DNA of 60,886 nucleotides, filler included, from Sphaerodactylus townsendi (taxonomy: Eukaryota), in NCBI RefSeq assembly GCF_021028975.2. It is 5 parts of 4 records of this genome, joined end to end, with 100 filler letters (N's around TTAATTAATTAA, not from the genome) between each part and the next. Parts side by side here need not be neighbours in the genome. Positions count along the whole stretch, not along the records: positions 31,298 to 51,119 come from NC_059426.1; 4 more parts are not named here. The stretch is one strand, 5' to 3'. A model generated the notes under the pieces. The model was not told the origin of the DNA. It saw only the letters and a program-made list of their open reading frames with translations, and did no database searches. Each line of letters opens with the position of its first letter. Position 1 is the first letter of the stretch. A program made the translations under genes and the position numbers. Below, one piece after another: positions 37,637-50,538 of the stretch.

Positions 37637-38140
37637 TCACTTCCTGAAATAGTTTTTGCCAAAGTATAGTTATGCAGAGAGAATCTGATGAGACCGTTCC
37701 TCCTTGTGTTTCCATGTTGGAAGGAGTTCCTCCCTTCACGGAGCGCCTCTGGGCAGCTTCTACAAGTTAAAACCAATAAAAACATCATAAATCATAGAGT
37801 TGGAAGAGACTCACAGGACCATCGAGTCCAACCCCCTTGCCATGCAGGAAGACACGATCCAGCCTCAGTTTAAAAACCTCTTAAGAAAGATACTCCATCA
37901 TCCTCCCAAGGTAGTAAAATAAATATAGCAAGTAAAACAACAATACAAATAACATTAAAGTAACTCCAACCCCCATTTCCCCCACCCCCACCCCTCAGAC
38001 CAGCAACTATAGGGAGGTTTCCAGGGAGGCTAGCCAAATATGGATTTGTTCCATCTGCTTCAAGTGGAATAGGTTCACAAGATCTAACCCGTTGATTAGG
38101 ACAGTTTTCTCACCTTTTTCCGGGTGGGGGAGGGTGGTAG

Positions 38141-38898
38141 TTGAGCTTGGCAGCTGTGAAAAAGGCAAACTCTATGCTGGGGATGATTAGGAAAGGAGTT
38201 GATAATAAAACTGCAAGGATTGTCAGGCCCTTATATAAAGCCGTGGTGCGACCGCACTTGGAGTACTGTGTTCAGTTCTGGTCGCCGCATCTCAAAAAGG
38301 ATATCGAAGAGATAGAAAAAGTGCAGAGAAGGGCAACGAGGATGATTGAAGGATTGGAGCACCTTCCTTATGAGGAGAGGCTGCAGCGTTTGGGACTCTT
38401 TAGTTTGGAGAGGAGACGTCTGAGGGGGGATAGGATTGAAGTCTATAAAATGATGCATGGGGTAGAAAATGTTGACAGAGAGAAATTTTTCTCTCTTTCT
38501 CACGATAATAGAACCAGGGGGCATCCATTGAAAATGCTGGGGGGAAGAATTAGGACTAATAAAAGGAAACACTTCTTCACACAACGTGTGATTGGTGTTT
38601 GGAATATGCTGCCATAGGAGGTGGTGATGGCCACTAACCTGGATAGCTTTAAAAGGGGCTTGGACAGATTTATGGAGGAGAAGTCGATGTATGGCTACCA
38701 ATCTTGATCCTCCTTGATCTGAGATTGCAAATGCCTTAGCAGACCAGGTGCTCAGGGGGAGCCGCAGCAGCAGAAGGCCATTGCTTTCACCTCCTGCAAG
38801 TGAGCTCCCAAAGGCACCTGGTGGGCCACTGCGAGTAGCAGAGAGCTGGACTAGATGGACTCTGGTCTGATCCAGCAGGCTAGTTCTTATGTTCTTAT
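38141..38898 (+). mobile_element. young CR1 LINE, ORF2 C-terminus and 3' UTR
   Basis: KKANSMLGMI...PLYKAVVRPHLEYCVQFWSP...EKVQRRATRMI...RTRGHPLK; tail TTCTTATGTTCTTATG. Confidence 0.92.
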
Positions 38899-39273
38899 GA
38901 GCTTGCTGGAAGGACCTGGGGTGTGTGTGCCCCCCCCCCTTCATATCTGTGGACTCCTGTGAACATTAGCAGCTGGGATGGGTCGTTCCTTTAATCAGCC
39001 TAGCCCTCACCAGCAGTTGAATACAGGATGTTGAAGAACTGGTGGTGGACGCAGCAGAAGAAAAGCCAGACGAAAAGCAAAAGTTGCGCTTGGTGATGAG
39101 TGAAGTTAAAATGGGGGTGGGGGGTGGGGGGTGGCGGCATGTCAGAGTCTGTCCAGCAGCCCTGTGGTTTTGGGGGCCTCAGAATCACAAAACCGTTTGC
39201 TCCCTCCTGAAACCAGTGAAAGAACCACCTATTGAGTTGGGGAGGTCTCTGATCTGTCTTCCTCTGCATCTAG

Positions 39274-39360
39274 ACAATTACCTGCTTCTCCAGCAATTCT
39301 GCACCAAAGCCCAGTTCCTGAGTGGAAAAGCCAAACAAGATGTCACTGAGATACTAGCTG
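39274..39360 (+). CDS. TOGARAM1: TOGARAM1 penultimate exon
   Basis: DNYLLLQQFCTKAQFLSGKAKQDVTEILA; TAG acceptor, GTAAG donor. Confidence 0.93.
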
Positions 39361-40545
39361 GTAAGCCTGGAACAAGCCCCACAGATCTCCCTCCGCTTCA
39401 AAGCTGATTGGACCTTTCCTTTACGATCCTGTGGGGTATTGGTATGCTTCGGTTTCTTACCAAGGCAGTGGCCACCCGGATCGTGCTGTGGAGCTCTGCC
39501 CTTCTGGGCATATGCTGGGCAGTTTGGAATGCTTCTACCACCCTGCACTCTCGGGGCTGGTGTCACTAGACTAAAAAACATTTTAAAATAGTACAGTCGA
39601 AGGCTTTCACAGCCAAAATCACTGGGGTGTTGTGGGTTTTCTCCGGACATTTCGCCTGCATCTGTGGCTGGCATCTTCAGAGGATCTGATGGTAGTAAAG
39701 CAAGTGGAGTATATATACCTGTGGGATGTCCAGGGTGGGAGAAAGAACCATCCACCTACCTACGTATGCTAAAATGGGTGGATTCCACTCAACAACACAC
39801 TTGTTAATTGCACCCTTATGTCTCATGCACGGTTCTCCAGATTAGAGTCCACATGAGGAGCAGACTCTTATCTGGTGAAGCAGATTGGTTTCCCTACTCC
39901 TAGATTCCTGCTGGGTGACCTGGGGCCACCTACCTCACAAGGGGTCTGTTGTGGAAGGGAAAGGAATTTGTAGGCCTGCTTGAGTCTCTTTACAGGAGAG
40001 AAAAGGGGTGTGTGTGTGTGTGTGGGGGGGGGGGGTTATACACCCAAACTCCTGTTCTTCCCCTCAACAACAACCCAGTGAGGTAGGTTAGCCTGAGAGT
40101 CCCAGGGGCCAAGGTTGCCCATCGTAGGAGGTTAAGAGCTCGTGTATCTAATCTGGAGGAACCGGGTTTGATTCTCCGCTTTGCTGCCTGAGCTGTGGAG
40201 GCTTATCTGGGGAATTCAGATTAGCCTGTACACTCCCACACACGCCAGCTGGGTGACCTTGGGCTAGTCACAGCTTCTTGGAGCTCTCTCAGCCCCACCT
40301 ACCTCACAGGGTGTTTGTTGTGAGGGGGGAAGGGCAAGGAGATTGTAAGTCCCTTTGAGTCTCCTGCAGGAGAGAAAGGGGGGATATAAATCCAAACTCT
40401 TCTTCTTCTCATCGCACATTCCTGACCAAGTGGGCCTTGATTCTGGGTTCCCTAGGTCCTGGTCCAACACTGTACGATCTCTCAATGTGCGATCTCTCTC
40501 CTTCACCTTCCCCCCCCACTCCCCCGGTCCTTTTCTTGGTTCCAG

Positions 40546-40799
40546 AGCTGGTGGTCGAGTTGTATCCCCGGAAGCCTCACGCTGTGGAGCAGAAAGTCCT
40601 GGTGGTTTTGTGGCATCTCTTGGGCAACATGACCAACAGCGGCTCCTTGCCTGGAGCCACCGGCAACATCCGGACAGCCACTGCTAAATTGTCAAAAGCG
40701 CTTTTTGCACAAATGGGTCAGAATCTGCTCCTGCAGGCTGCCTCCCAGCCCCCGCACATCAAACGGACCTTGGAGGAGTTCCTTGACCAGGCGACCTGA
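40546..40799 (+). CDS. TOGARAM1: TOGARAM1 last coding exon
   Basis: ELVVELYPRKPHAVEQKVLVVLWHLLGNMTNSGSLPGATGNIRTATAKLSKALFAQMGQNLL...TGA. Confidence 0.95.
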
Positions 40800-41671
40800 G
40801 GCGCACCCAGCCGGGGCTGGATCAGAGACTGGGTTTGCGTGGGGTGGAGCGGAGCGGTCTCGGTGGGGGGGTTTCCTTTGCAGTGCCTGTGTTGTTCACC
40901 CAGAAGCGGACTGTCCTGAACAACCAATTGAGGAGGGCTTGGCTGTTCCGGCCCAAGTCCCGCACCTCTACCAAAATCAGTATGGCGCTTGTAGCGTCTT
41001 CTCTTCCTTGGTGCTGGCCCAGCAACCTGCGGAGTAGGGCAGCGACACACGTCTTGGGAGGCAAAGTCCAGTCCTGCTCGCTTGCACTCTTCCGTGGACT
41101 TTGTGGCACGCCTGCCCTGAACATGCTGACGGAGGTGAAACACTAAAATAGGAGTAGTTTTAATCATGAAATCATGTTAACGACTCATCCTCTCATGTAG
41201 CCTTACGCGGAAACACAAAATTCTCGAGACACGCGTGTGACATGCAGGGTTCTGTGTGACGTTTGTGAACAAAGGTGTCTTTTTTTTTCCACTCGGTCCC
41301 CCTCAAGACTTCGCAGTGTTAGCTTCGCTTCTCCTGCTGTGGGCAAACCACACCCGCTTGACGCTTGGGCATAATTAGCTGCATCCTCTTGCAAAACTTT
41401 TAACAGGTCATAATGAAGCATGTTGACCAAAATTTATAGAAAACGAATAATTTTTACAGATTTCGAACACGTCTTAAGAAACGTAACGTGTCGAACGTCA
41501 CTTTCATATTTCCAGCGTGGAAAAACGAGACTGAATTTTATGTCTGTCCAAAATTTATAAAGGTGTTTAACTTCTCTGCCTTGCTGTGCAATTCTCAGTG
41601 ATATAATAGTGCCAGTTCTTCTCTTCTTCCTCAAGTACTGTATTCATTTGAAGCAAAGAATGTTCTGAAAA

Positions 41672-41677
41672 AATAAA
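41672..41677 (+). terminator. probable TOGARAM1 polyadenylation signal
   Basis: AATAAA ~870 nt after the stop, at the end of an AT-rich UTR-like stretch. Confidence 0.55.
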
Positions 41678-41809
41678 TGGATTTATTTCTGTACACTTGA
41701 GACTCTCCTTCACTTTAGCAGGTTTTTAAAACGGGTTTTGCGTGCCGTAAGGCTCAGTAGACCCTCAGGAGTGGCATTTTGAAATTTTGTGGCATGGATT
41801 TTAGCGAGT

Positions 41810-42276
41810 GATATGATTGAAGTCTATAAAATTATGCACGGGGTAGAAAATGTGGACAGAGAGAAATTGTTCTCTCTTTCTCACAATGCTAGAACCAGGG
41901 GGCATCCATTGAAAATGCTGGGGGGAAGAATTAGGACTAATAAAAGGAAACACTTCTTCACGCAATGTGTGATTGGTGTTTGGAATATGCTGCCACAGGA
42001 GGTGGTGATGGCCACTCACCTGGATAGCTTTAAAAGGGGCTTGGGCAGATTTATGGAGGAGAAGTCGATCTCTGGCTACCAAACTTGATCCTCCTTGATC
42101 TGAGATTGCAAATGCCTTAGCAGACCAGGTGCTCAGGGGCAGCAGCAGCAGAAGGCCGTTGCTTTCACATCCTGCACGTGAGCTCCCCAAGGCACCTGGT
42201 GGGCCACTTCGAGTAGCAGAGTGCTGGACTAGATGGACTCTGGTCTGATCCAGCTGGCTCGTTCTTATGTTCTCAT
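41810..42276 (+). mobile_element. CR1 3' fragment
   Basis: Nearly identical to 38430-38898. Confidence 0.9.
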
Positions 42277-44269
42277 GAGCGGACAGACAGCATGCAGCAA
42301 AGACACCCAGGGAAGCAGCTACGTACCAGAAGGGCGGGGAGAGGTAGAGACGGCCCAGGAGACGCGTTAGATTAACAAGGTTATTCTGCACAGACTTACA
42401 CGGGCTTCATAGTCATTTCTGATGCCAGAAGGGACCTTGGGAGCTGGACTTTGTAGAAGGGAGCTAGACCTAACTCAGGATTCTTTCAGTACAGCTGTAG
42501 TATTTCAAGCCACCATCAGTTAATAACAGCCTCAAGTTGTCCTAAATTATCTTCACTTTAGACTCTTTTCCAGTTTAAGAACCTCAAGCTTTTCTGGGCG
42601 CCATTCCTGATCCCTCGAAGTTGGTTGGATCAAATTTGGGTGGTGTTTTTTTTTTTTAAATGTGGGTTCTGAATGACCACAGTAATACAAAAAACCCCTT
42701 TAAAACAACTAATTAAAGTAATTGGCTTTTATCCACGTGTCGCACTTTCTGAGGCATGTTTCTTCAGCTGGGCCAAATCGAGGCCAGCAAACAGCTGCAG
42801 CGGGGCCATCCCACCCTCGGCCTCAGATCTCCCAGCTTTGCCCTGATTTTCTCTGAGGGTGCTGTCCTGAAGTTTTCTAGGAATCCAAGCCCACATCCCA
42901 AAAAGTACTGTTTCCTCTTCTATGGTCCTTCCTGTTCTACCAGGTAGCAGGTATCTATGACTCTGTGCGACGGTCCTAAAGCTGCAGGAAGACCTCCTTT
43001 TGCTTTGAAAGCTAGCCCTGCCTTAACATATGCGCTGGTGTTCTCCCCATTCAAGTGGGCCGAATGCTTGGTTGAAAAAGCCTTAGTCAACAGACTCTTG
43101 CCCCTCTGGGAAGGCTGGGCACTAGCCCCGGCGGGCCTTAGCTTAGCTTCTCTTGGATTTTAGCCAGATGCAAGAGGCTACAGCCCAGCGGACCCAGCAA
43201 AGTAGCCGACGCCTCCTGTTTGAGGGGAGAGAGGCAGGCCACTCTAAAACAGGCATTGGTATGGCCTCCGGTGGAAACATTCCCTTGGATATGAAGGGAC
43301 TGAACTACTACAGGGTGGTTTTGGTTTTCTGCTGGCGGAATCTGTTTGCCCCGCCTCCCACCCAACTCAGGACAGCCCACGTGGCCCTCTTCCCATTTTT
43401 TCTCTAACAACAATCCTGTGAAGTTGGCTCGGTTCAAGGCCTCCCAATAAGCTTCTGTTAGATCCCTGGATCTTCGCTTAATAAATGGACACTGGTATAT
43501 TTCTCAGCAGCCTTTACTGTAGAGGTAGATCAGGTCCCTGTGTGAGGGGGGGGGGGTCTGAGGTCAGAAAGCCCCCCCCCAAACACCACTTACCCTCTGG
43601 CAAATCAAAGGCAGCCCAAATAAGGTTGAAACTGCATTTCCTGGGTTGAGTTCAAATTCTAGATGCAGGACACATCACGGGACTCTCAATGGTGAGCTTA
43701 AATGACAGGCGGAAAAGTACTGGTTGGAGGATATGAGGATTTTTTTTTTTTACAGTAAGACTTGCTCTGCAGTGGAATCAGCTGGCCAGGGTGGGAGGTG
43801 GCGAGCTCGCCCTCCCTGGCAGTCTTCAAGCGGCGGCTGGACAAGAACTGGTCAGGGGGATGCTCTGGGGTGATCCTGCAAAGAGCAGGGGGCTGGACTA
43901 GATGGCCTCCAGGGTACCTCCGAACTCTATGATTATTCCATGAGCTTGCAGCCACGTGGCCAAGCAGCCTTCACAGGGCAGATCTAGGCTGGGGATTCCT
44001 GGAGGTGAAGCCTGGGGCGGGAGCTCAGTGGGGCCAACGTCCAAGACCACCCTCCAGAGCAGCCCTTTCCCTTCTATCCTATGGGAACCACTTGTCAATC
44101 TGGGAGTTCTCCAGGCCCCACCGGGAGGTTGCGGCATTAGCCACCCTGCACCGACAGCTTCCAGGCCCCGAAGCATTAAAGAACCTTCGCAAAGCGACCA
44201 CTTCAACACAAAACGCAGAGGATGAACTCCTCTCTCTCATTTCGCCACCGGCCCTCTGCACATGGTCAG

Positions 44270-44800
44270 AGGCACCCCCGCGAGGCCGGAGAAACGATCT
44301 AGCGGCGGGAGGAAGGGGATGCAGGTCGCGCGGGTCCAGAGGCTGAGGCGCACGCGCAAGAGCGGCGGCGTCCGGCGCATGCGCTTCCGCCCGCTCTCCG
44401 ACAGGCGCCGCTGACGAAGCGAGTCTTTGCGAGACTTTCCCGCCCGGCGCGGGGACTGGTGCGCGTGCGCGAGCCCGCGTCGGCGCAGGCGATGGGATAG
44501 GCCCGGGCCTGGCGCGCCTGCGCAGTCAGTCGACGTCGAGCGCGAGGGGCGTTAGGCTGAGGCGGACGGGCCCGATGGCCGACAGCGCGCGGCGGGTGAG
44601 AGAGCGCGAGCGGGGGAGGGGAGGAGGGGAGGAGGGGAGGGGGGGAGCGGACCCCCCCCATCCCCAGAAGGGAGGGAAGCCGCGCCACAGCCCCCCCCCG
44701 CTCCCCGGCTGCTCCTGAGGCGATCTGGCCTCACGTGCCCTGCCCCCCTCAGGGAGAGCGCGGCCCTCCCCTGGGGGGGGGATCTTTAGCTGGTTGTTGG
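44270..44800. promoter_or_regulatory. CpG-island promoter (NRF1-like GCGCATGCGC, ETS CTTCCG, E2F-like TTTCCCGC) with a + strand donor CGG|GTGAGA at 44595/44596
   Basis: Very CpG-dense; motifs read directly. The gene it drives is unassigned. Confidence 0.75.
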
Positions 44801-45189
44801 CCTTCATTACCATTCGAGCCTCACCCAGTGGCCTAGGAAGTTGTAATGTTTCGGCGTAGTATTCGTGCGGATCCCAGCAGGGCTGCCTTCTGAATTTGAC
44901 AGATGTTAATTTTGTCAATTCGAAGATGTTTCAAGTGCTGCCCTAGTGTATTTGGGATGGCGTCCAGGGTGCTGATGACGACTGGGGAGACCTCAGCTGG
45001 TTATTATTATTATTATTTAAAGATCTTTTGTTTCCACCAGCACCTAGTCCAGGGCTGTGGTCCCCAACAACAGCTGGCCTGCAAACTTCTCTTCTGATAG
45101 GTTGACCTTGGCAGTGTTGCCCACTTTCCAGGCCTTGAGCCAGAGATTCCTCTGAACCAGAACTGTTGCAGCCTGAGACCTTGCACACA

Positions 45190-45797
45190 AAAAGGATATC
45201 GAAGAGATAGAAAAAGTGCAGAGAAGGGCAACGAGGATAATTGAGGGACTGGAGCACCTTCCTTATGAGGAGAGGCTGCAGCGTTTGGGACTCTTTAGTT
45301 TGGAGAGGAGACGTCTGAGGGGGGATATGATTGAAGTCTATAAAATTATGCATGGGGTAGAAAATGTTGACAGAGAGAAATTTTTCTCTCTTTCTCACAA
45401 TAACTAGAACCAGGGGGCATCCATTGAAAATGCTGGGGGGAAGAATTAGGACTAATAAAAGGAAACACTTCTTCACGCAATGTGTGATTTGGTGTTTGGA
45501 ATCTGCTGCCACAGGAGGTGGTGATGGCCACTAACCTGGATAGCTTTAAAAGGGGCTTGGGCAGATTGATGGAGGAGAAGTCGATCTATGGCTCCCAATC
45601 TTGATCCTCCTTGATCTGAGGTTGCAAATGCCTTAACAGTCCAGGTGTTCGGGAGCAGCAGCAGCAGCAGCAGACCATTGCTTTCACATCCTGCACGTGA
45701 GCTCCCAAAGGCACCTGGTGGGCCACTGCAAGTAGCAGAGAGCTGGACTAGATGGACTCTGGTCTGATCCAGCAGGCTTGTTCTTATGTTCTTATGT
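45190..45797 (+). mobile_element. CR1 3' fragment
   Basis: VQRRATRIIEGLEHLPYEERLQRLGLFSLERRRLRGD with small indels; CR1 tail. Confidence 0.9.
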
Positions 45798-47343
45798 CTG
45801 GGCCGGATCTGGCTGAAGAGGTCTGTTCTGGGTCCATGTTGCTCTCAGTGGTCTGAGCGCTCAGATGGCAGAGGTTCCTCCTTTGTGCAAGGCTCCTGTG
45901 CCTCTTTGCAGTGGAGAAATGGAACCCACTGAGTCCTCCTCCTCGCAGTTCTCTTTGGAAGAGGGGGGGATGCCCAGGAGGTCTCTTTGTGGGGGGAGCT
46001 GAAGGCTTTGATTGTGACCCACTCTCTGGTCGCGTATCCGCTCTCCTCCTTCTAGACTCCCAAAGGGAGGGGGAAGCACAATGCGTGGGCTCAGACTTCT
46101 CTCCGAGGCCTGGTGACACAGCAGTCCCTGCGGCTCCCCCTGGGCCTGTTGCGCCAGGAAAAGCTGCAGAAACCGAGAGCTCCCACCCAGTCATCTCATC
46201 TCCACTCTGCATGCTGGCCTCAGACTCCGAGGAAGGCTGCAGAGCTGGCCTCAGGGATGGCGGGCCTGGGAGGTTCTCAGACCCTCCCTCTGGTCCCAGC
46301 GACGAGGCTCAAGTGGGCTGGGGCACTGCAGGTGGGGCTGGGCACCTGTCCCCCCAGGCGCCTCGTCAGCGCGCAGGAAGCTCCTCTGTGGCGCCCGGCC
46401 TGCCTTCCCCTTCCCCCTCCCTGCCTTCTCTGCTGACGAGAGAGGGGCAGACATGGGGACTGTCTGTTCCAGTTCTTGATCCAGTGGAGCTGCTCCAAAA
46501 GCAGCAACCCGACCAGACTAAGAGCTATGAAAACGGGAGGGGGAGGGGAAGGACCACCCCCTGTAGTTCTGGGTGGAGCAAGTTTTCCATAGCCCTGCTC
46601 GGACAGTAGGGGGTCGGGGCCAAATCGAGTGTGAATGACGCAGCCCCATTGAAGGAAAAAGGCCCAACTCTCAAAATGCTGCAGGCTCTCTGGGATGCAG
46701 CTGAGGGCTGGAAACACCCACAGCGCTCTGTCTGGGCCATGATCCGGGGGAGGCACACATCGGAACCTGTGAGGTTTTCCTCCTCTTAATTAGAAGTGCC
46801 TTTTTGTTCAGGTTAGCCCCGCCCGTGAACTGGGAGACGGCAGCAGGGGTTGGCTTGGCAGGAACACCCCCCTCCCCCGCCCACAAGTCTTCCCACTTCT
46901 CAGCGGCCGGAATGTCAGCTTGGACCAAAAGACACAGCAGATGGAAGGACAAGCCGACTGTCTGAGCATCACCTCTCTGTATTCTATCTTGGGGGAGAGG
47001 CACAGCAGCGGAGAGGCTCCCCCTTTTTCTGGAAGGGAAGCTGGGCCGCGCACCCTGAAATCCACCACGACGACCTGGAATTCTTGTGCAACAGCTGGAA
47101 CGGGAGGGGAAGAGCAAAGCCACAAAAACCTCTCAGGCTCCCCACATTTCAACTGTGCACTTTGGAAAGTTCTTGCTTCTCAACTGGAGGCTCCCAAGCA
47201 CTTGTTTACACCAGAGTTGGATCAAGCGCTTTTTTCCAGCTCCAAGCCGGGCACGATAATAAACTAATTTGGGTCAAGAATATACCGATTCAGACTGCGG
47301 GACGAAGACTCACCCCATCCCCCCCCCCACCATTCCTCTATTG

Positions 47344-47848
47344 CAGTGATGGCGAACCTTTTCGAGACCGAGTGCCCAAACTGCAACCCAAACCCCACTT
47401 ATTTATCGCAAAGTGCCAACGTGGCCATTTAACCTGAATGCTGAGGTTTTAGTTTAGAAAAAACGGTTGGCTCCAAGGCGTGCGTTACTCGGGAGTAAGC
47501 TTGGTGGTAGTCGGCGGCTTGGCTTTGAAGCAACCGTGCAACTCTTCCAACGGGTGAATCACGACCCTAGGAGGGTTTACTCAGAAGCAAGCCCCATTGC
47601 CAGCAACTGAGCTTACTCCCAGGTAAAGGATCACGCTTTAGTTCTTCGCATGAAAATCAGTGGGGTTTAACAGCGCTTAACAGGGTTACCTACACTGCTT
47701 CCCCAAAACTAGGTCTTAGGTTTAATGCTAATAATTGAGCCCAGCAGCCCAGGCCAGCCTAGAAATGGGGGGAGGCACTCTGCAAGTGCCCACAGAGAGG
47801 GCTCTGAGTGCCACCTCTGGCACCCGTGCCATAGGTTCGCCACCACTG
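47344..47848. mobile_element. non-autonomous hAT (Charlie-like), 505 bp
   Basis: TIRs CAGTGATGGCGAACCT / AGGTTCGCCACCACTG; perfect TSD CTCTATTG. Confidence 0.88.
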
Positions 47849-48311
47849 CTCTATTGCATTTCTCGATCCCCTGCCTTCCTTCCCACTGGGCACCTGACGC
47901 GGATCCCGTTACCAGGATGCGATCAGCCCTGAGTCTCAGTGAAAAAAGGGGATTACAATTATTATTATTATTTTGCCATCAAGTCACAGTTGACACGTGA
48001 CAAACCCTGATGGGGTTTTCAAGGCAGGAGATGTTGAGAGGTGGTTTGCCATTCCCTGCCTCTGCGCCACGAACCTGGGATTCTCTGGGGGTCTCCCACC
48101 CATGGCCGATCTTGCTTAACTCCTGAGATCTGACAAGATTGGGCTGGCTAGTGTGGACTTCCCAGGCCAAGCCAGGCCAGGCTGCAAGCAGAATCTATAA
48201 ACATGCTATCTGTGCTACGTCCAGGGGCTTCCTTTTGGGTGGACCCATCCTTACATGCCGTCTGAGGTCATGCAGCCCAGGAGGCCTCTGCTAGAGCACG
48301 CGAATTCATAC

Positions 48312-48386
48312 CCATTCTCGGCTTTCCTTTTCAGAGTCTCCTGTTCCCTCAGGAGGGCTTGGTGTTCTTCGTAGGCGCCCAAAAGC
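48312..48386 (-). CDS. PRPF39: PRPF39 late exon
   Basis: LLGAYEEHQALLREQETLKRKAENG (human LLNAYDEHQTLLKEQDSLKRKAENG); AG and GTATG sites; phase 2 to 2. Confidence 0.88.
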
Positions 48387-48823
48387 CTGTCCAGAGCGGA
48401 ACAAAGAAAACAGAATCCCCAGATTAGACGTCGGGGTCTGGAAATGCAGGCGGCTTCTGCTGCAGGCCTCGCTCCTCCGCCTGGGCTCCCTCCCGCTGCT
48501 GTAACCCCCCTGGAGCAGCGAGGCCTGCCCCTCTGGCCAACGCTGGGACACCCAGGCCTGGTGGACACCAAGAAAGCCGAGTCTGCCTTCAGCTGCTTAC
48601 GGATTACACCTCACAAGGGAAATCCTCTCCTGAAGAGAATGCACCACCTCCCACCTACAGAGTGTTATTATCACATTGCTATCCTGAGCAGGCAGGACCC
48701 CCTGGGAAGAAGCCCCTGTCTGCAGCCCCCTCCCCACTGGTCTCTGTGCCCTGCACTCTCATTCACTCGTGCCGCCAATGCTGGAATAAACTCGGGGGGA
48801 GGGGAGGGGAGACGGGGACTCAC

Positions 48824-49008
48824 TTGTTCACATCCAGACCAAAATCTTCAAGAAATTCCACTTTTCGCTGGGAAAACAAAATCCTCATCTTTATAGGCAA
48901 GGGACCGCCGATGGCTTTGTCAAAGCACACAAGGATGTTCTCTTCATTTTGCTTCAGGTCTCCGTTGTACTCCATCTCCAGCAAGTTGAGATATAACTTG
49001 GGGTTATC
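48824..49008 (-). CDS. PRPF39: PRPF39 late exon, absent from the ORF track
   Basis: Hand translation DNPKLYLNLLEMEYNGDLKQNEENILVCFDKAIGGPLPIKMRILFSQRKVEFLEDFGLDVNK; TAG acceptor, GTGAGT donor. Confidence 0.92.
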
Positions 49009-49249
49009 CTAAGTACAGAGAGAGATTCTGACTGTGTGCTACTTTTCCAGATCAAGAGAACAAAAATGTGTGGCTGTTGTGAGTTTTGGGGGTTGTGTGG
49101 CCGTGGTCTGGTAGGTTCTGCTCCCGATGTTCTGCTCTGCAAAACGTTTCTGTGGGCAAAAGGCTAGGAGCAGAAACTATCAGATCATGGCCACACGGCC
49201 CCGAAAACACACAACAGTCTCCTCCATTACCTGCTGCCGACCTTGGGGC

Positions 49250-49861
49250 TGTCTCGGCTCCGAAGACTGTATTCGGGAAGAGGACCTGACCTGGGGCGTA
49301 CAGACTGCCACGGCGGTTAAGAAGGCCCAGCAAGACTGTACTATCTGAGACTTTTAAGGAAACAACGAATGGAAAACTCCTGGTGTCCTTTTACCACTGG
49401 GCTATAGAGAGTGTCTTAACCGACTGCATCTGTGTATGGTTCTCCAGTTGCACAGTGGCGGATAGGAAGGCGCTCCAAAGGGTGATCACTACTGCACAGA
49501 GGATTATCAGCTGCCCTCTCCCCTCCTTGGAAGAACTCTATAATTCCCGAAGCCTAAAGAAAGCCCAAAATATTCTGAGAGACCCGTGTCATCCAGCACA
49601 CGCTCTTTTTGAACTGTCACCATCCGGCAGACGATACAGGTATATCAAAACTAGGACAAAGAGGCTTAGAGACAGCTTCTACTCTAGAGCTGTGGCTATG
49701 CTGAACTCCGCGGCTTCGTGTTGATGTGTTTGGGGCTGTGTAGGGATGGGTGGAGGAAGGGGAAAGTGAGGATGGGGCATGAGTCTGGAATTGTGTGCAT
49801 CGAGGAATGCTGCTGTAAATTTCGTTGTGTGTGCACAATGACAATAAAATGCTTATGCTTA
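49250..49861 (+). mobile_element. Rex1/Babar-like LINE 3' fragment
   Basis: FYHWAIESVLTDCICVWF...RKALQRVITTAQRII...DPCHPAHALFELSPSGRRYR...RLRDSFY; TGACAATAAA followed by short tail repeats. Confidence 0.8.
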
Positions 49862-50538
49862 GGAAATCGGGAGGGGGGCTTTCAGTGGGGGATAAAGGGG
49901 CCAGCTTTCACCAAGTACGGTGCTTGTATGCCTTATCAGTAAACGCTACTGATTGATATTTCAGAGTCTGTTGATTGGCTTAAGGTCCCATGACCTAACA
50001 CTAACACAGCGAGGCAGGCAGACGGCCCTGACTGATTCCCTGGCGGCTGCCACAGGAATCTGTTTTCCCATACACAACAGATTTGCAAGCTGTACTCCCC
50101 CCAAAAAATTAACCTGCTTCACTGTCTGCCCACCAACAATTTCCTCCAAGAAGAGATGCGCAAGGCAGCAAAAAACTGTGAAAAGAAAATCTGTCTTTTC
50201 TGTCCTCCCCCACAGCTACCCACTCTGTCAGCACTGCTCTGATCAGCACTCACCCCCCCAACTGCGGACATTCCTCAAAGCAGGGCCGGAAGGTGTTTGC
50301 ACGTGATCTAGGAATCAGTGTTACCTCCCTCAGGAGGGGCAGCTGAGACCCAAACTTTGGACATCTGGATGTTTATGACTACCCATGAGTATAAAGAATG
50401 GCATCCAATATATCCAACAGCTTGAGAATTCCATTTATATCAAATTCATTATGGGTTGTTGATGGGGGTTTTTTTTGCTTTTTTAAAAAAAACTTCTAGT
50501 CCTTATTTCCATCAAGTTCTATCAATAATTCTTGCCTT

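Noticed and set aside
47980-48170. 5S rRNA-like and tRNA-like (A/B box) sequences as real RNA genes
   Set aside because: They are diverged, truncated and fused to SINE bodies and tails.
48387-48823. Possible intronic C/D snoRNA, since human PRPF39 hosts SNORD127
   Set aside because: I could not see a convincing box C/box D pair with a terminal stem; an Infernal scan would settle it.
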